Source: a virus. Taken from it: DNA of 36,017 nucleotides. Numbering within the stretch: the first letter of the stretch is position 1; the number at the start of each line of letters is the position of its first letter. The stretch covers positions 1-36,017 of IMG/VR virus record IMGVR_UViG_3300045988_159892; one strand, written 5' to 3'. Both the position numbers and the translations under genes were made by a program. The notes below the pieces were generated by a model. It did not search any database. It worked only from the letters and a program-made list of their open reading frames with translations, and was not told the origin of the DNA. Positions 17,635 to 26,693 of the stretch are shown in pieces.

Positions 17635-18039
17635 TTAGTACCTTTTGAGTTTGATTTTGATATTCGAGAATGTGTAGGAGATATTCTCCTCGCTGATAAG
17701 CGCCTCATCCTCCACGTTGAAGAACCAGCGCTCGTTGAGAGGATAGCACGCCAAAGATTCGTATGCTATTTGGGACAGTTGTTTGAGGCGTGAATCATCG
17801 GGATAGCGTTGCTCCTCACGACCAATCGTCGGCGTTGAATCCGGGACATAGATGTTCACGTTCACCGATGCCACCTGCAGACCTCCGGCGGTATTGTCCA
17901 GTGTCGTTACGACGATAAACTCTCCCGTAGGATTATTCGGGTAGTGATGTCGATACAATACCGGCACGGCCTTACCGAGTTCGGTTGCCCGAATGCGGGT
18001 AATAACCATGTCGAGTATTTCGCTTGTCGTGAGATTCAT
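17635..18039 (-). CDS. Tail completion / terminator-like protein
   Basis: Synteny only. Confidence 0.45.
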   Translation of the reverse strand: MNLTTSEILDMVITRIRATELGKAVPVLYRHHYPNNPTGEFIVVTTLDNTAGGLQVASVNVNIYVPDSTPTIGREEQRYPDDSRLKQLSQIAYESLACYPLNERWFFNVEDEALISEENISYTFSNIKIKLKRY

Positions 18040-18491
18040 GTTTTCTTCGATTTCAAGTAGCGTCTAAACTCTTCCTTCAAAGACTCCACATTCGATTCCA
18101 CCCAGTTGCCTGAGCCCTGAATCACGTCGTACCCTCGGGCCTCGACGTAGCGAGCGTATTCCATGCCTGCGACCCACACAAGAAATGTGTGCACCTTGGG
18201 CAATTCGTTGACTACCTTCATGGCGGCATCGCGTGCTCCTTGCTGCGCATCCGGATAGCCGTTTCCGCTGCTGAAATTCTCCGATACAACCTTACCATAC
18301 TGGATAATCACATAGCCGATTGAATGTCGGAGATTGCCCGTCTGGTCGGTGTAAGAACCGTGTTCGCGGGCATACTTTACCACCCGCTCGCCGACTGACT
18401 GAAGAAATACAATGGCCTTGCGGTCATATTCCTCCTTTGCGCGGATAAATTCCAGATCGAGATCGCGCTTGTTTGTCCACTTCAGAGCCAT
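18036..18491 (-). CDS. HK97 gp10-like tail/neck component
   Basis: Motif DQTGNLRHSIGY and GMEYARYVE are reminiscent of the HK97 gp10 family. 4-nt overlap with the next gene. Confidence 0.6.
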   Translation of the reverse strand: MALKWTNKRDLDLEFIRAKEEYDRKAIVFLQSVGERVVKYAREHGSYTDQTGNLRHSIGYVIIQYGKVVSENFSSGNGYPDAQQGARDAAMKVVNELPKVHTFLVWVAGMEYARYVEARGYDVIQGSGNWVESNVESLKEEFRRYLKSKKT

Positions 18492-18859
18492 AACCGTGTG
18501 TCCTCATAGCGTTGTCCGCTTTTGTAGAATCCCTGCACCGCATAGGTGTCGCTGTTATCCTTCTTTGGCTCGGCATCGCTCTTCGGCCGATGGTCGAAAA
18601 TGTTGATGCCGTTGCGGTCGATTATCCTGACCTGCGTCCCCAGCGGGATTGGCTCGGTATTCGACGGCATGGTAACCTCGTAGGAGTAGAGGAAGTCTTG
18701 ACCGTTTGCGCCCTTGACCATCTGCGCCTGCCCGTTTTGGCGGGCATTGCATCGGCCTACCGTGCGCCACTCATGCGTCCCCTCGGTGAATGTCCCGTCG
18801 GGGTTGAGTACGGCGTCCTCCTCGTACCAAATGTCCAGCGTGCAGGGATAGCGGATCAT
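18482..18859 (-). CDS. Head closure / head-tail adaptor-like protein
   Basis: Synteny only. Overlapping stop and start with its neighbours. Confidence 0.45.
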   Translation of the reverse strand: MIRYPCTLDIWYEEDAVLNPDGTFTEGTHEWRTVGRCNARQNGQAQMVKGANGQDFLYSYEVTMPSNTEPIPLGTQVRIIDRNGINIFDHRPKSDAEPKKDNSDTYAVQGFYKSGQRYEDTRLWL

Positions 18860-19170
18860 AGAAACTTTACCGTTGGTCGTGCGTTGAACTCCTCGGCAAT
18901 ATCAGCAAAGCCATTATCCTTTGCGATGGCGTGAATCCGGCGGCGCAACTCGTTCACATCATACACCAGCGAGTAACCTCCGTTGCTCTCTGACGCCAGG
19001 ACTATAAGTTGTCGCAGAACGTCGATAGCGGCCTTTGCCACGTTCTTCTTAGCCTCGGCTGAGTATTCGCCCTCTTGCACAAGGCCTGCATCCACACATG
19101 CGACTGCAATCAGATTGTCGTCCACGTTGTAAGGATAGAGCCTCGCTGATATTGCGTCGTAGTTCGTCAT
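18856..19170 (-). CDS. Head-tail connector-like protein
   Basis: Synteny: the first gene after the major capsid protein. Confidence 0.45.
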   Translation of the reverse strand: MTNYDAISARLYPYNVDDNLIAVACVDAGLVQEGEYSAEAKKNVAKAAIDVLRQLIVLASESNGGYSLVYDVNELRRRIHAIAKDNGFADIAEEFNARPTVKFL

Positions 19171-19172
19171 GG

Positions 19173-20273
19173 CTATCCGAGTTGCGTAAGATCAGCGATT
19201 GCCATACGGTTAGGAATCTCGATGTCGGGAATCGCTTCCATGCCGTATTCCATGAAGCGGCCCTCCGAGGTGCGATAAGACGAAATGAACATCTTGTTGT
19301 CCTCGGCCATCGTATAGGTGCGGACTGGAATCGGATCTCGCATCTCATACGGCTCTTTCCACTTCATGAATCCGAGCTTGTTGGCTCCAAGCGCGGGCAG
19401 GAATGATACGTAGTCGTCAGGCACGGCGTTCTTCGATTCAGTTTCCGATACCTGTACCCACTCGTCCTTGATGCGGAAGCGGAACGGGATGTCCGTAGCT
19501 TCGAGCAGGCGGTTGGCCATTGCCTCGGTGACGATGTTACCAGTCGAAAACTCCATGTCGCCGAACTTCATGGTGTACTTGCCGATGAACTCCGAGGATG
19601 ACGCAATGCGCTTGTAGAAAGTCGCACGGTTCATCTCTGCGGTAGCGAATGCGTATCCCATCGGGCGCATCTTGTCCACGAACTCGGTCATCATCCACGT
19701 CAGAATGTTGCTTTTGTCGCCAGATGATGCCTGTTTTTTGACGATGGGCAGCCTGATGTCCGCGATGGAAACTCCTCGCTTGTTCGCTTTGGCATTCACG
19801 GCGGCTTCGCCCTTGAATCGCAGATCGCCCATGATGAGGTCGAGCCGCTTCATCGGAGCCAGCATACACTGACGCATATCGTCTGCGAGGAAGTTGATGA
19901 TTTCGTTCAGGACATCAGGCTGTGCGGATCGCAGTCCGTTGTTGTAGGTGTCGATCAGGATCTGCAGGCGTTCCAGACGGCTGTTGTCCATTTGATACGC
20001 ATCGCCGAAGCAGGCCACCTCGCCGACGCCGCTTCCAAGCGCATGACGCTTGCGGATCGGTTTGTTAGCGTAACGGTCGATGACCGTACCGGCTATCACT
20101 CTGGTCTGGTTACCTATGTAGGTTTTGAACGTGCCGTCGGGATTTGCTCTGTCGTAGTTCAGGTAGTCTTTCCAGAATACCTTGTCCATCTCCAGCAGAT
20201 TCACGGCTGCACGGTCGATGATTGCCGACAATACACCTTTATTGTCAAGCAGGGATTCGATAGTCAATACCAT
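19173..20273 (-). CDS. Major capsid protein (lambda gpE-like arrangement)
   Basis: 366 aa, preceded by scaffold-like and decoration-like genes as in lambda Nu3-D-E. Confidence 0.8.
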   Translation of the reverse strand: MVLTIESLLDNKGVLSAIIDRAAVNLLEMDKVFWKDYLNYDRANPDGTFKTYIGNQTRVIAGTVIDRYANKPIRKRHALGSGVGEVACFGDAYQMDNSRLERLQILIDTYNNGLRSAQPDVLNEIINFLADDMRQCMLAPMKRLDLIMGDLRFKGEAAVNAKANKRGVSIADIRLPIVKKQASSGDKSNILTWMMTEFVDKMRPMGYAFATAEMNRATFYKRIASSSEFIGKYTMKFGDMEFSTGNIVTEAMANRLLEATDIPFRFRIKDEWVQVSETESKNAVPDDYVSFLPALGANKLGFMKWKEPYEMRDPIPVRTYTMAEDNKMFISSYRTSEGRFMEYGMEAIPDIEIPNRMAIADLTQLG

Positions 20274-20286
20274 TTTCTTTCAGTTT

Positions 20287-20886
20287 TTAGATGAACATGA
20301 ACCGATCGCCCAGCGCCTCTTTGTCGGCCTCAGTGACGGGGATGTAAAGATCGTCCTCGACGATGCCGAACACCCGTCCGATGCACGCTACGGTGCTGAT
20401 TTCAGAGATTTTGCGCACTCCGAAAGAGAGGCAGTTGGGAACATACTTCGCGTCGGCCTCGGCTGAACTCTTTGCCTCCACGAGGACGTCGCCGGCATTG
20501 AGCGTAGCCGTAAAGTTTGCTGCGGCAGTGATCTCGTCGTAGCCGTCGTACGAGGTGTCGACAGACGATACGGTGATGACATTCGTGCCATCAGACAGAT
20601 ACATTCCGGCTTTGACGAATGTGCCGTTCAAAAGGGGATTCTTTGCGACCTTGACCTTCTTGACCGACGTGCCGGCCTCTTCAAGCACCTTTACCCGGAG
20701 ACATACATGGGCCTTTCGTTCGGCCTTGTCTCGATAAAGGGGTGCAAGCTCTGGCAGCCAGCCGTCAGCAGGAAGATTAGACTTGTCCAAGTCCATACCG
20801 CCGTCGTTGATGCGGTAGATGGTGGTTTCGTCGCAGACCTCCCGCGTAATCGCGGGCGCGGTCTCGTACTTCATACCTGCGGGCAT
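20287..20886 (-). CDS. Putative head decoration / capsid accessory protein
   Basis: Lies between the scaffold-like gene and the major capsid gene. TAATG overlap with the scaffold stop. Confidence 0.45.
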   Translation of the reverse strand: MPAGMKYETAPAITREVCDETTIYRINDGGMDLDKSNLPADGWLPELAPLYRDKAERKAHVCLRVKVLEEAGTSVKKVKVAKNPLLNGTFVKAGMYLSDGTNVITVSSVDTSYDGYDEITAAANFTATLNAGDVLVEAKSSAEADAKYVPNCLSFGVRKISEISTVACIGRVFGIVEDDLYIPVTEADKEALGDRFMFI

Positions 20887-21560
20887 TACTTACTTTGATT
20901 TTTTTGTTCGACAATTTGTTGGGTGCCTTTTTCGATCTCGGCGATCAGATTCTCTTCCTCGGTTTTCTGCTGCGCCTCGGCAGGCTGTGGCGGTATCACC
21001 TGCTGAAATCCCTCATTGGCCAACTCCTGTTTGAAATCGCCGTAGTCCTTCACGGTCTTTTCGACGTAGGCGGTGATTTCCTCTTCGTCTTTGAAATCAC
21101 GCCCTTCGATGCGACCGATGTAGTAGGATGCGGGAATTTTTGCCTCATCGAGTTTCGTGCGCAACGTTGCGGAAAGCGCCTCTTTGCGCTTCTGCCCGTT
21201 GATGATGTCGCCAAACTCTTTGAGCAGATCGGATTTGAATTTTTCGGGATCGAAATCGATTTTTTGAGCCGGTTCGGGTTTATCCTGCGGTTTCGGCTCG
21301 GGAGCAGGTTGCTCGATAGGCTTCCCGTCTTTCAGGTTATGCTTACGCTCGTAATTCCCAATAGCTCTTACGGTAGCATCCCCAGCACGGTAATCGCCGT
21401 AGCTTTGAAGCACGTCCGAGAAGCCTATCCCCTCTATAATTGCCGGTAACTGGCTCTCGTCCGTTACGTTCTCGACACGTTTCGTTGCGATACGGTCGAG
21501 AATTGCATCGTCAACCCCCTGGAATTTGGTTTTGAGCAATGCTAAAAGTTTTTCTTTCAT
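20886..21560 (-). CDS. Putative scaffolding protein
   Basis: Highly charged and helical with a Pro/Glu/Lys linker (PAPEPKPQDKPEPAQ). Positioned upstream of the capsid genes. Confidence 0.55.
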   Translation of the reverse strand: MKEKLLALLKTKFQGVDDAILDRIATKRVENVTDESQLPAIIEGIGFSDVLQSYGDYRAGDATVRAIGNYERKHNLKDGKPIEQPAPEPKPQDKPEPAQKIDFDPEKFKSDLLKEFGDIINGQKRKEALSATLRTKLDEAKIPASYYIGRIEGRDFKDEEEITAYVEKTVKDYGDFKQELANEGFQQVIPPQPAEAQQKTEEENLIAEIEKGTQQIVEQKNQSK

Positions 21561-21618
21561 GTCCTTTTCGTATATTTGGTTTTGAATGCGTCATCACATT
21601 CAATCTCTGTGGAGTAAT

Positions 21619-21649
21619 AAAAAAGGCTGTCAGCTTGCAGCTAACAGCC
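21619..21649 (-). terminator. Promoter-proximal intrinsic terminator in the leader of the capsid operon
   Basis: On the minus strand, a 10-bp stem (21649-21640 / 21634-21625, one C.A mismatch) with a 5-nt loop is followed by U6 (21624-21619). It lies about 70-100 nt downstream of the predicted start of promoter 21724-21755 and 59 nt upstream of the scaffold ATG. Confidence 0.6.
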
Positions 21650-21723
21650 TACGTCATACACCCATGACCGTTCCTGTCTTTTTCGTGCATTGTACGTGGC
21701 TTGCAACATCACAAGCATCTATT

Positions 21724-21755
21724 GCAAAGGTGATTTTCTTCGGCACATTGTGCAA
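21724..21755 (-). promoter_or_regulatory. Phage promoter, copy A of a duplicated 32-bp module
   Basis: Minus strand reads TTGCACAATGTGCCGA-N7-CAccTTTGC: a -33 TTG, 20-nt spacer and -7 box cAccTTTG. The 16-bp block (21740-21755) and 9-bp block (21724-21732) are identical to 29040-29055 and 29024-29032. Confidence 0.6.
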
Positions 21756-21805
21756 GGAATTATCAAAAATTTTTTACCTTTGAGGAGAAGATATAAACGT
21801 AACTT

Positions 21806-22120
21806 ATGGTACACAAAGATGAGCCGCCCAAAACAGGACAAAATGAAGTATCGGGGGAAATTATTCCTCTTGACGGATTTGATGAAATCAAATCGTTTTT
21901 GGGCGAAGTGTCGGAGTTTGAGAAGGACAGACGAAAGATGCTCCAAGACATTCAGCGGGCAGTGTCCTCATTCAAAGACAAATACGGAATAAAGAAGTTG
22001 GAGATTTACTGCGTGAATATGGCAGGAATAGATATTTGGGAGACTAATCCGCTCTCGCTGCCTCGCAAACGCATCCTGAAATCCAGCCCACAAGGTAAGA
22101 AAACGGCTCCTGATTTTTGA
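21806..22120 (+). CDS. Possible antisense-oriented small gene (104 aa) inside the head module
   Basis: The only protein-like ORF in the 480-bp gap. TAccTTTG box at 21774-21781 lies about 25 nt upstream of the ATG. Its 3' end overlaps the 22044-22412 gene by 77 nt, which lowers confidence. Confidence 0.4.
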   Translation: MVHKDEPPKTGQNEVSGEIIPLDGFDEIKSFLGEVSEFEKDRRKMLQDIQRAVSSFKDKYGIKKLEIYCVNMAGIDIWETNPLSLPRKRILKSSPQGKKTAPDF

Positions 22121-22412
22121 CATCCGGAACGGCCCCTACATAGTCGAATATACACATTGCGGCGTGTGATGCTTCGTGCGCAACAATAGAATAACTCCGT
22201 GCAGCTTTCTTCGATTCAAAGCGTATCAAAATACCGCCTTTCTTCGATATTTTGTCGTATGCCTCAATGACATCTGCGTCTGTGGTTTCGTCCATGTCCG
22301 GGATATTGTCAAACCGGTCAGATATGGCCGCCCCCTTCTTCTCTCCGATAACCACCCACAACAACCTCGGGTATATTTGCGGGTCGAACTGATGTATGAT
22401 CGTTCTACTCAC
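22044..22412 (-). CDS. Small HExxH (zinc metallopeptidase-like) protein, 122 aa
   Basis: Motif VAHEASHAAM. GTG start overlaps the MuF-like stop by 8 nt; the first in-frame ATG is only at codon 40. Confidence 0.6.
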   Translation of the reverse strand: MSRTIIHQFDPQIYPRLLWVVIGEKKGAAISDRFDNIPDMDETTDADVIEAYDKISKKGGILIRFESKKAARSYSIVAHEASHAAMCIFDYVGAVPDVKNQEPFSYLVGWISGCVCEAARAD

Positions 22413-23487
22413 GGCTCGAGGTATGGATGTAGGTTTTATTTTCGCTGATCCAGTATGGCTGCGTTCCTTTCTTTGCCGCAGCGTTGATTCTGCCTTTGTT
22501 GCCCTCTACCCACTTTTGCAGACCCTTTGGCAACTCTTTGACTTCATTCTGCGGATTATCCCACCAGTCGGTACCAGTACCTTCGTTTGCGAGGATAGGC
22601 ACGGCATAGCACCGGCAGTTCGGGTGCCAGCCGATAAACTTGAAATCCTTGGGATATTTCCCCTCCATGGCGTCGCATATCTCCAGCGGAGCGCGCCCTT
22701 TCTTGAATCGGGGATACCAAAACTTGGCCAGCCATTTGGCGTGCGCCTTGGAGGTCTTGACCTCATAGCCAACAATGAAGTCCAGCTGCTGCCATCGGAT
22801 ATAATCGGCCTCCATGTATGCCGAATTGATCTCCGTGCGGGCCATACGCATGGCATTCTGATACGACGACCGATATACGCCTTGCCCGGGGTGATACGAC
22901 ATGCCCTTTTTCGACAACACCTTTTCGCCAAAAGCGTTGCGCACCTTACGAAACAACTTATCCGGATCATTAAGGTATGCCCTCACGTCTTGGCTGATCT
23001 TTGCCGCGCTGCGACCCTCGCTGATGCCAACAGATAGCGACAGCTCGACCTGCTGCTGAAACTGCCGCGTGATATTCCACACGCGCCCCGAGAGCGTATG
23101 CCCGTATGTTGTCCGTTTGGCAAAAGCATCCAGCGCATCGAGGTTGTGCAGCAGGTAGCCGTCTTTTGGGTTGGAGAAAAGTTCCTTGACCCACGAATCT
23201 ACCTTTTCGTTGGCAAAGGCCCATTCGGAGGCGATGCCAGCGCTTACTATTGTCTTGAGGCGATCTTTGAATGCCGAAAGCATGGCGGACGCATTTTCTT
23301 GACGGGCCTTGTTGCTTGCGAAAGAGAACAAATCATCGTCTTGGGCAGAGTAGCCGTATTGCATCCCCATCTGCACCAAATCGCGTGTATAAGCCTCGTA
23401 CAACGCATCAATTTCCGATAGATATTCGTCTATGTGCGCGTTGTGTTTTTGCAGCCATTCACTCGATTGATGATTGAATCTGGGCAT
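22405..23487 (-). CDS. Head morphogenesis protein, SPP1 gp7 / Mu F-like
   Basis: Motif GWHPNCRCY is typical of the Mu F family. Positioned directly after the portal. Confidence 0.85.
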   Translation of the reverse strand: MPRFNHQSSEWLQKHNAHIDEYLSEIDALYEAYTRDLVQMGMQYGYSAQDDDLFSFASNKARQENASAMLSAFKDRLKTIVSAGIASEWAFANEKVDSWVKELFSNPKDGYLLHNLDALDAFAKRTTYGHTLSGRVWNITRQFQQQVELSLSVGISEGRSAAKISQDVRAYLNDPDKLFRKVRNAFGEKVLSKKGMSYHPGQGVYRSSYQNAMRMARTEINSAYMEADYIRWQQLDFIVGYEVKTSKAHAKWLAKFWYPRFKKGRAPLEICDAMEGKYPKDFKFIGWHPNCRCYAVPILANEGTGTDWWDNPQNEVKELPKGLQKWVEGNKGRINAAAKKGTQPYWISENKTYIHTSSRE

Positions 23488-23497
23488 ACGTCAGACG

Positions 23498-24985
23498 TTA
23501 ATAGGTGGCCTCGAAAGCGTTGTTTGCTGATTGCTGCACCTTGCCTTCCTCAATCTCTCGCACTTCATCGTCGATATTATCTACGATTCCAGCCAGCATA
23601 ACACCCGTGCGAAGTGATGCCACAGGTTGACCGCACGCCTCGGTAGCGATGCGCACCTTCTCTTCGAGATCGTCAATATTGAAGGGCTGAATCTCTACAT
23701 CAATGTCGATGGTATTGGCAGCATCCTCATAGGCCGGATTCAGCGAGCCGATGGCAGACGCAAGGAAGTTGTATCGGCGTTGCAGATACTCGCCGACGAT
23801 CTCGGCGTGATTGTCAACGGCAAGCTGCGTACCCATAAACAGGAAATCGAACGCACGACCCGAAGGTACACTCCCCAACCCCTTCATATTGTCAAGAGAC
23901 AAACGGGGTGTATTCGTGAGCTGATAAGCCATATCGAGCAGGTTCTCCAGCTCCACTTTCGCGGCTCCGCCCACCTGTTCAAGGTTCAGATAGTACACCT
24001 TGCCGCTGTTTTGAATTTGAATCATGCGGTTTTTCCCGACCTTCTGCGGCAGCCCTTCAAGATCACCTTCGACAATAAGGTTCGGGAAAAAGACCATATC
24101 CACGCAGTCAGCATAGTTCGAAAGCAACTCTTCGATTCTCCGGCGTATGGCCTGTATGTTGTGGCATAGAGATATATTGCGGTGCATATACATCGTCGGG
24201 TTCTTCTTGAATCCGTGCGCAAAGGTCATCTCCGGAATAGGCGTCCACGCGCCTGCATCAAGCCGCCAGGTATATACGTTAGTCGAGGTGACGGTCATGA
24301 AATATTGTATCTCGGCCTTGCTCTCGTTGTCTTTGATCGTGTAGGCACGGGAAAGAGCCACATAGTCGCCGTTTGCGTCGAAGAAGGGATACAACGCATC
24401 GCCTCGGAACGGCGACCATATCGCACAGCGCAGTTTGTATTTGTCGCTATTCTTATATCCAAGCAGCCCTTTTATCTTTGCCTTTGCGCGCGTCCAGAAG
24501 CCGTTATCCTTGACCGCATACCAATATTCGGCCACGTCCTGCTCGCAGAACAGCGACCGAACGATACGCTTGTTGTTGTAGCGCATCTTGTTTTTCCTGA
24601 CTACGCTTTTGATGACCTGCAAAAGCGACTCTTCGGCCTCGTCGTTGGGTGTGCAATTCACGTTAGGATCTTTGCCTACGGTGAATGCCGTGTGAATGTT
24701 CACGATGTCCTGCTCCAGTGGGATGGATATGCGATTCACTGGATCGGGTTCATACACTGCGGCATGATGCGTTACCGTGCCGTCTGAATTGGTTACGTCC
24801 TTTTCTTCGGAGACCAGCAGCTCCCCGTCCTTGCGCAGGTTTTTGTCGTTGACTTCGTGCATATCGGGGTTCCATTGCTTCATCAGCTCACCCACGCGAG
24901 GCATGGGCGTTTTGCGCTGCGTCTTCAAAAGCTCTATTTTCGCCGTTTCGTCGCTCATGGCGAGAATTTCATCCAACGTCTTCAT
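23498..24985 (-). CDS. Portal protein
   Basis: 495 aa, immediately downstream of the terminase large subunit and upstream of the MuF-like gene. Confidence 0.8.
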   Translation of the reverse strand: MKTLDEILAMSDETAKIELLKTQRKTPMPRVGELMKQWNPDMHEVNDKNLRKDGELLVSEEKDVTNSDGTVTHHAAVYEPDPVNRISIPLEQDIVNIHTAFTVGKDPNVNCTPNDEAEESLLQVIKSVVRKNKMRYNNKRIVRSLFCEQDVAEYWYAVKDNGFWTRAKAKIKGLLGYKNSDKYKLRCAIWSPFRGDALYPFFDANGDYVALSRAYTIKDNESKAEIQYFMTVTSTNVYTWRLDAGAWTPIPEMTFAHGFKKNPTMYMHRNISLCHNIQAIRRRIEELLSNYADCVDMVFFPNLIVEGDLEGLPQKVGKNRMIQIQNSGKVYYLNLEQVGGAAKVELENLLDMAYQLTNTPRLSLDNMKGLGSVPSGRAFDFLFMGTQLAVDNHAEIVGEYLQRRYNFLASAIGSLNPAYEDAANTIDIDVEIQPFNIDDLEEKVRIATEACGQPVASLRTGVMLAGIVDNIDDEVREIEEGKVQQSANNAFEATY

Positions 24986-24988
24986 ATC

Positions 24989-26245
24989 CTAACCGAAATA
25001 TCCTCTGTAACTTTTGTTTACTTTCTTTATCTTTCCGAGAATCATGCCCAAGACATAATAGCGTATTGCGTCGATCAAGTGGTCGGCCTGTCCGTCCTTC
25101 GGCCTGTTCAGCGGCAAGCCGTCTTTATCCTCGTCCCATACATAATTGCGGAACTCCATCATGGCATTGTATGATCGCTCGGTAACGTATATCTCCATTT
25201 CGAGCATCTTTTCGATGCCGGCAATAACTGACGGGCCGCTCTTGTCGACAGGGTAGATGTTGATTCCTGCATTATGTATCTCGTCGATCAGGCGAGGATC
25301 GGCCGATTCCGATATGACCTTCAAATCACGGTAAGGCTTTAGTTGCTCGATAATCTCCTTCGTCAGCATATGCGTGCGGTAGCATATCTCGTCGATGTAT
25401 AGCGCATTGCCAATAATTCCACATTTGGCAATAGCTGTCGGATCGTTCGAGTAGCCGAAGTCCTGACACAAGGCCACCTTCTCGCACCATTGCGGAAACT
25501 CTTTAACCATATGCACATTCTTGAATATCGCGCCCTCGGCAACGTCTATCCACCTGCCCATCACGACGTGCGCATACTTGTCGGGATTCTCTATCTTCAT
25601 TCGCTCAACTTCCTGCAAAAATTTGTCGGAAAGGTTGTCGAGATTATCGAGGTACGTTGTGTGGATGTGCAGGACATTCGGGTGAGTGCTTATCTGCACG
25701 TCCACGCCATCTATATTTACCAGTTTATGTGTTTTCTCGATGTACTTGCGGTAAATGAAGTGGTTTGAATCAGTCGGATTCATGATAATGATGACCCGAT
25801 TCTGAATTCCCTTCTTACGTATTGAAAGCATGATCTTGTCAAAGTCCTTCTCGCTCGTCCACTCCTCCGCCTCGTCGCACACGAACGTCGTGATGCCATT
25901 TATGGACTTCAGCTTTGCCGTCTGATTGCCAGATGATGTATTGATGCCACGGAACAACACACGGCTGCCGGACACAAGGTTTTCGACGTCCATCTTGGTT
26001 ATGTGAAAGAACTCTTTTGTTCCGTCGGCATCGATCTTTTCCGTGAACTCGGGAATCACAGATATGGCCGCAGATACCATCGTATAACGACAATACAGAA
26101 TAACATGACCCGCCTCGAACGTCAGCCGCTCGATAAATGTCCCAGCATTGAAAGACTTTCCCGACCCTCGGCCTCCTGTTATCAAGATAATGAAGTGATC
26201 GGTATCTTCATACAGAGGCAGGTATATGTCCTGCGGTTCTATCAT
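24989..26245 (-). CDS. terL: Terminase large subunit
   Basis: Walker A ITGGRGSGKSF. I prefer the start at ATG 26243-26245 (MIEPQD...), which forms an ATGA overlap with the TerS stop, over the GTG 26275 in the ORF track. Confidence 0.9.
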   Translation of the reverse strand: MIEPQDIYLPLYEDTDHFIILITGGRGSGKSFNAGTFIERLTFEAGHVILYCRYTMVSAAISVIPEFTEKIDADGTKEFFHITKMDVENLVSGSRVLFRGINTSSGNQTAKLKSINGITTFVCDEAEEWTSEKDFDKIMLSIRKKGIQNRVIIIMNPTDSNHFIYRKYIEKTHKLVNIDGVDVQISTHPNVLHIHTTYLDNLDNLSDKFLQEVERMKIENPDKYAHVVMGRWIDVAEGAIFKNVHMVKEFPQWCEKVALCQDFGYSNDPTAIAKCGIIGNALYIDEICYRTHMLTKEIIEQLKPYRDLKVISESADPRLIDEIHNAGINIYPVDKSGPSVIAGIEKMLEMEIYVTERSYNAMMEFRNYVWDEDKDGLPLNRPKDGQADHLIDAIRYYVLGMILGKIKKVNKSYRGYFG

Positions 26246-26670
26246 TTCTTCTTGTTCAGACGATCTTTTACCCACTCCTTGATGTCCACGGACCCCTTCA
26301 TACTTACGTCTGCTTCGATCTCGGAACGCTCGACGTATCCACGTCTCTTGCCCCGTGTCTTCAGAGTAAAGATGATTGCCGTCTCGGAGGGCCGTTCAAT
26401 CCATCCCGCAAACCTTTTATTTCCGTCCTCGTCTGCTTCAATAGCGGGAACCCCGGCAACAAGCTTGCGGAGATTGCTTTCAGCCAGGTCGATGAACCGC
26501 TCCCGAGAATCCTCGAGTACTTGCGCAAATTCTGGATCATCCTTGCACCATGTGTAGATTGTGCTACGTTCGACGCCCAAATTGGCGGCTATGTCTGATA
26601 AAATCCCTCCACAAGCGTTTGCAACCTTGCGGAATATATCTGCGTCAGGCTTCTTAGTAGGCATTGCCAT
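26242..26670 (-). CDS. terS: Terminase small subunit (HTH)
   Basis: N-terminal HTH (ILSDIAANLGVERSTIYTWCKDD), size, and translational coupling to terL. Confidence 0.75.
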   Translation of the reverse strand: MAMPTKKPDADIFRKVANACGGILSDIAANLGVERSTIYTWCKDDPEFAQVLEDSRERFIDLAESNLRKLVAGVPAIEADEDGNKRFAGWIERPSETAIIFTLKTRGKRRGYVERSEIEADVSMKGSVDIKEWVKDRLNKKK

Positions 26671-26693
26671 TTTTTATATCGTCTTTTTTGTTG

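Noticed and set aside
22396-23037. 213-aa plus-strand ORF, with similar long antisense ORFs at 12407-15966, 20895-21449, 23627-24787 and 26003-26557
   Set aside because: All lie fully inside strongly supported minus-strand structural or packaging genes and look like typical opposite-strand artefacts.
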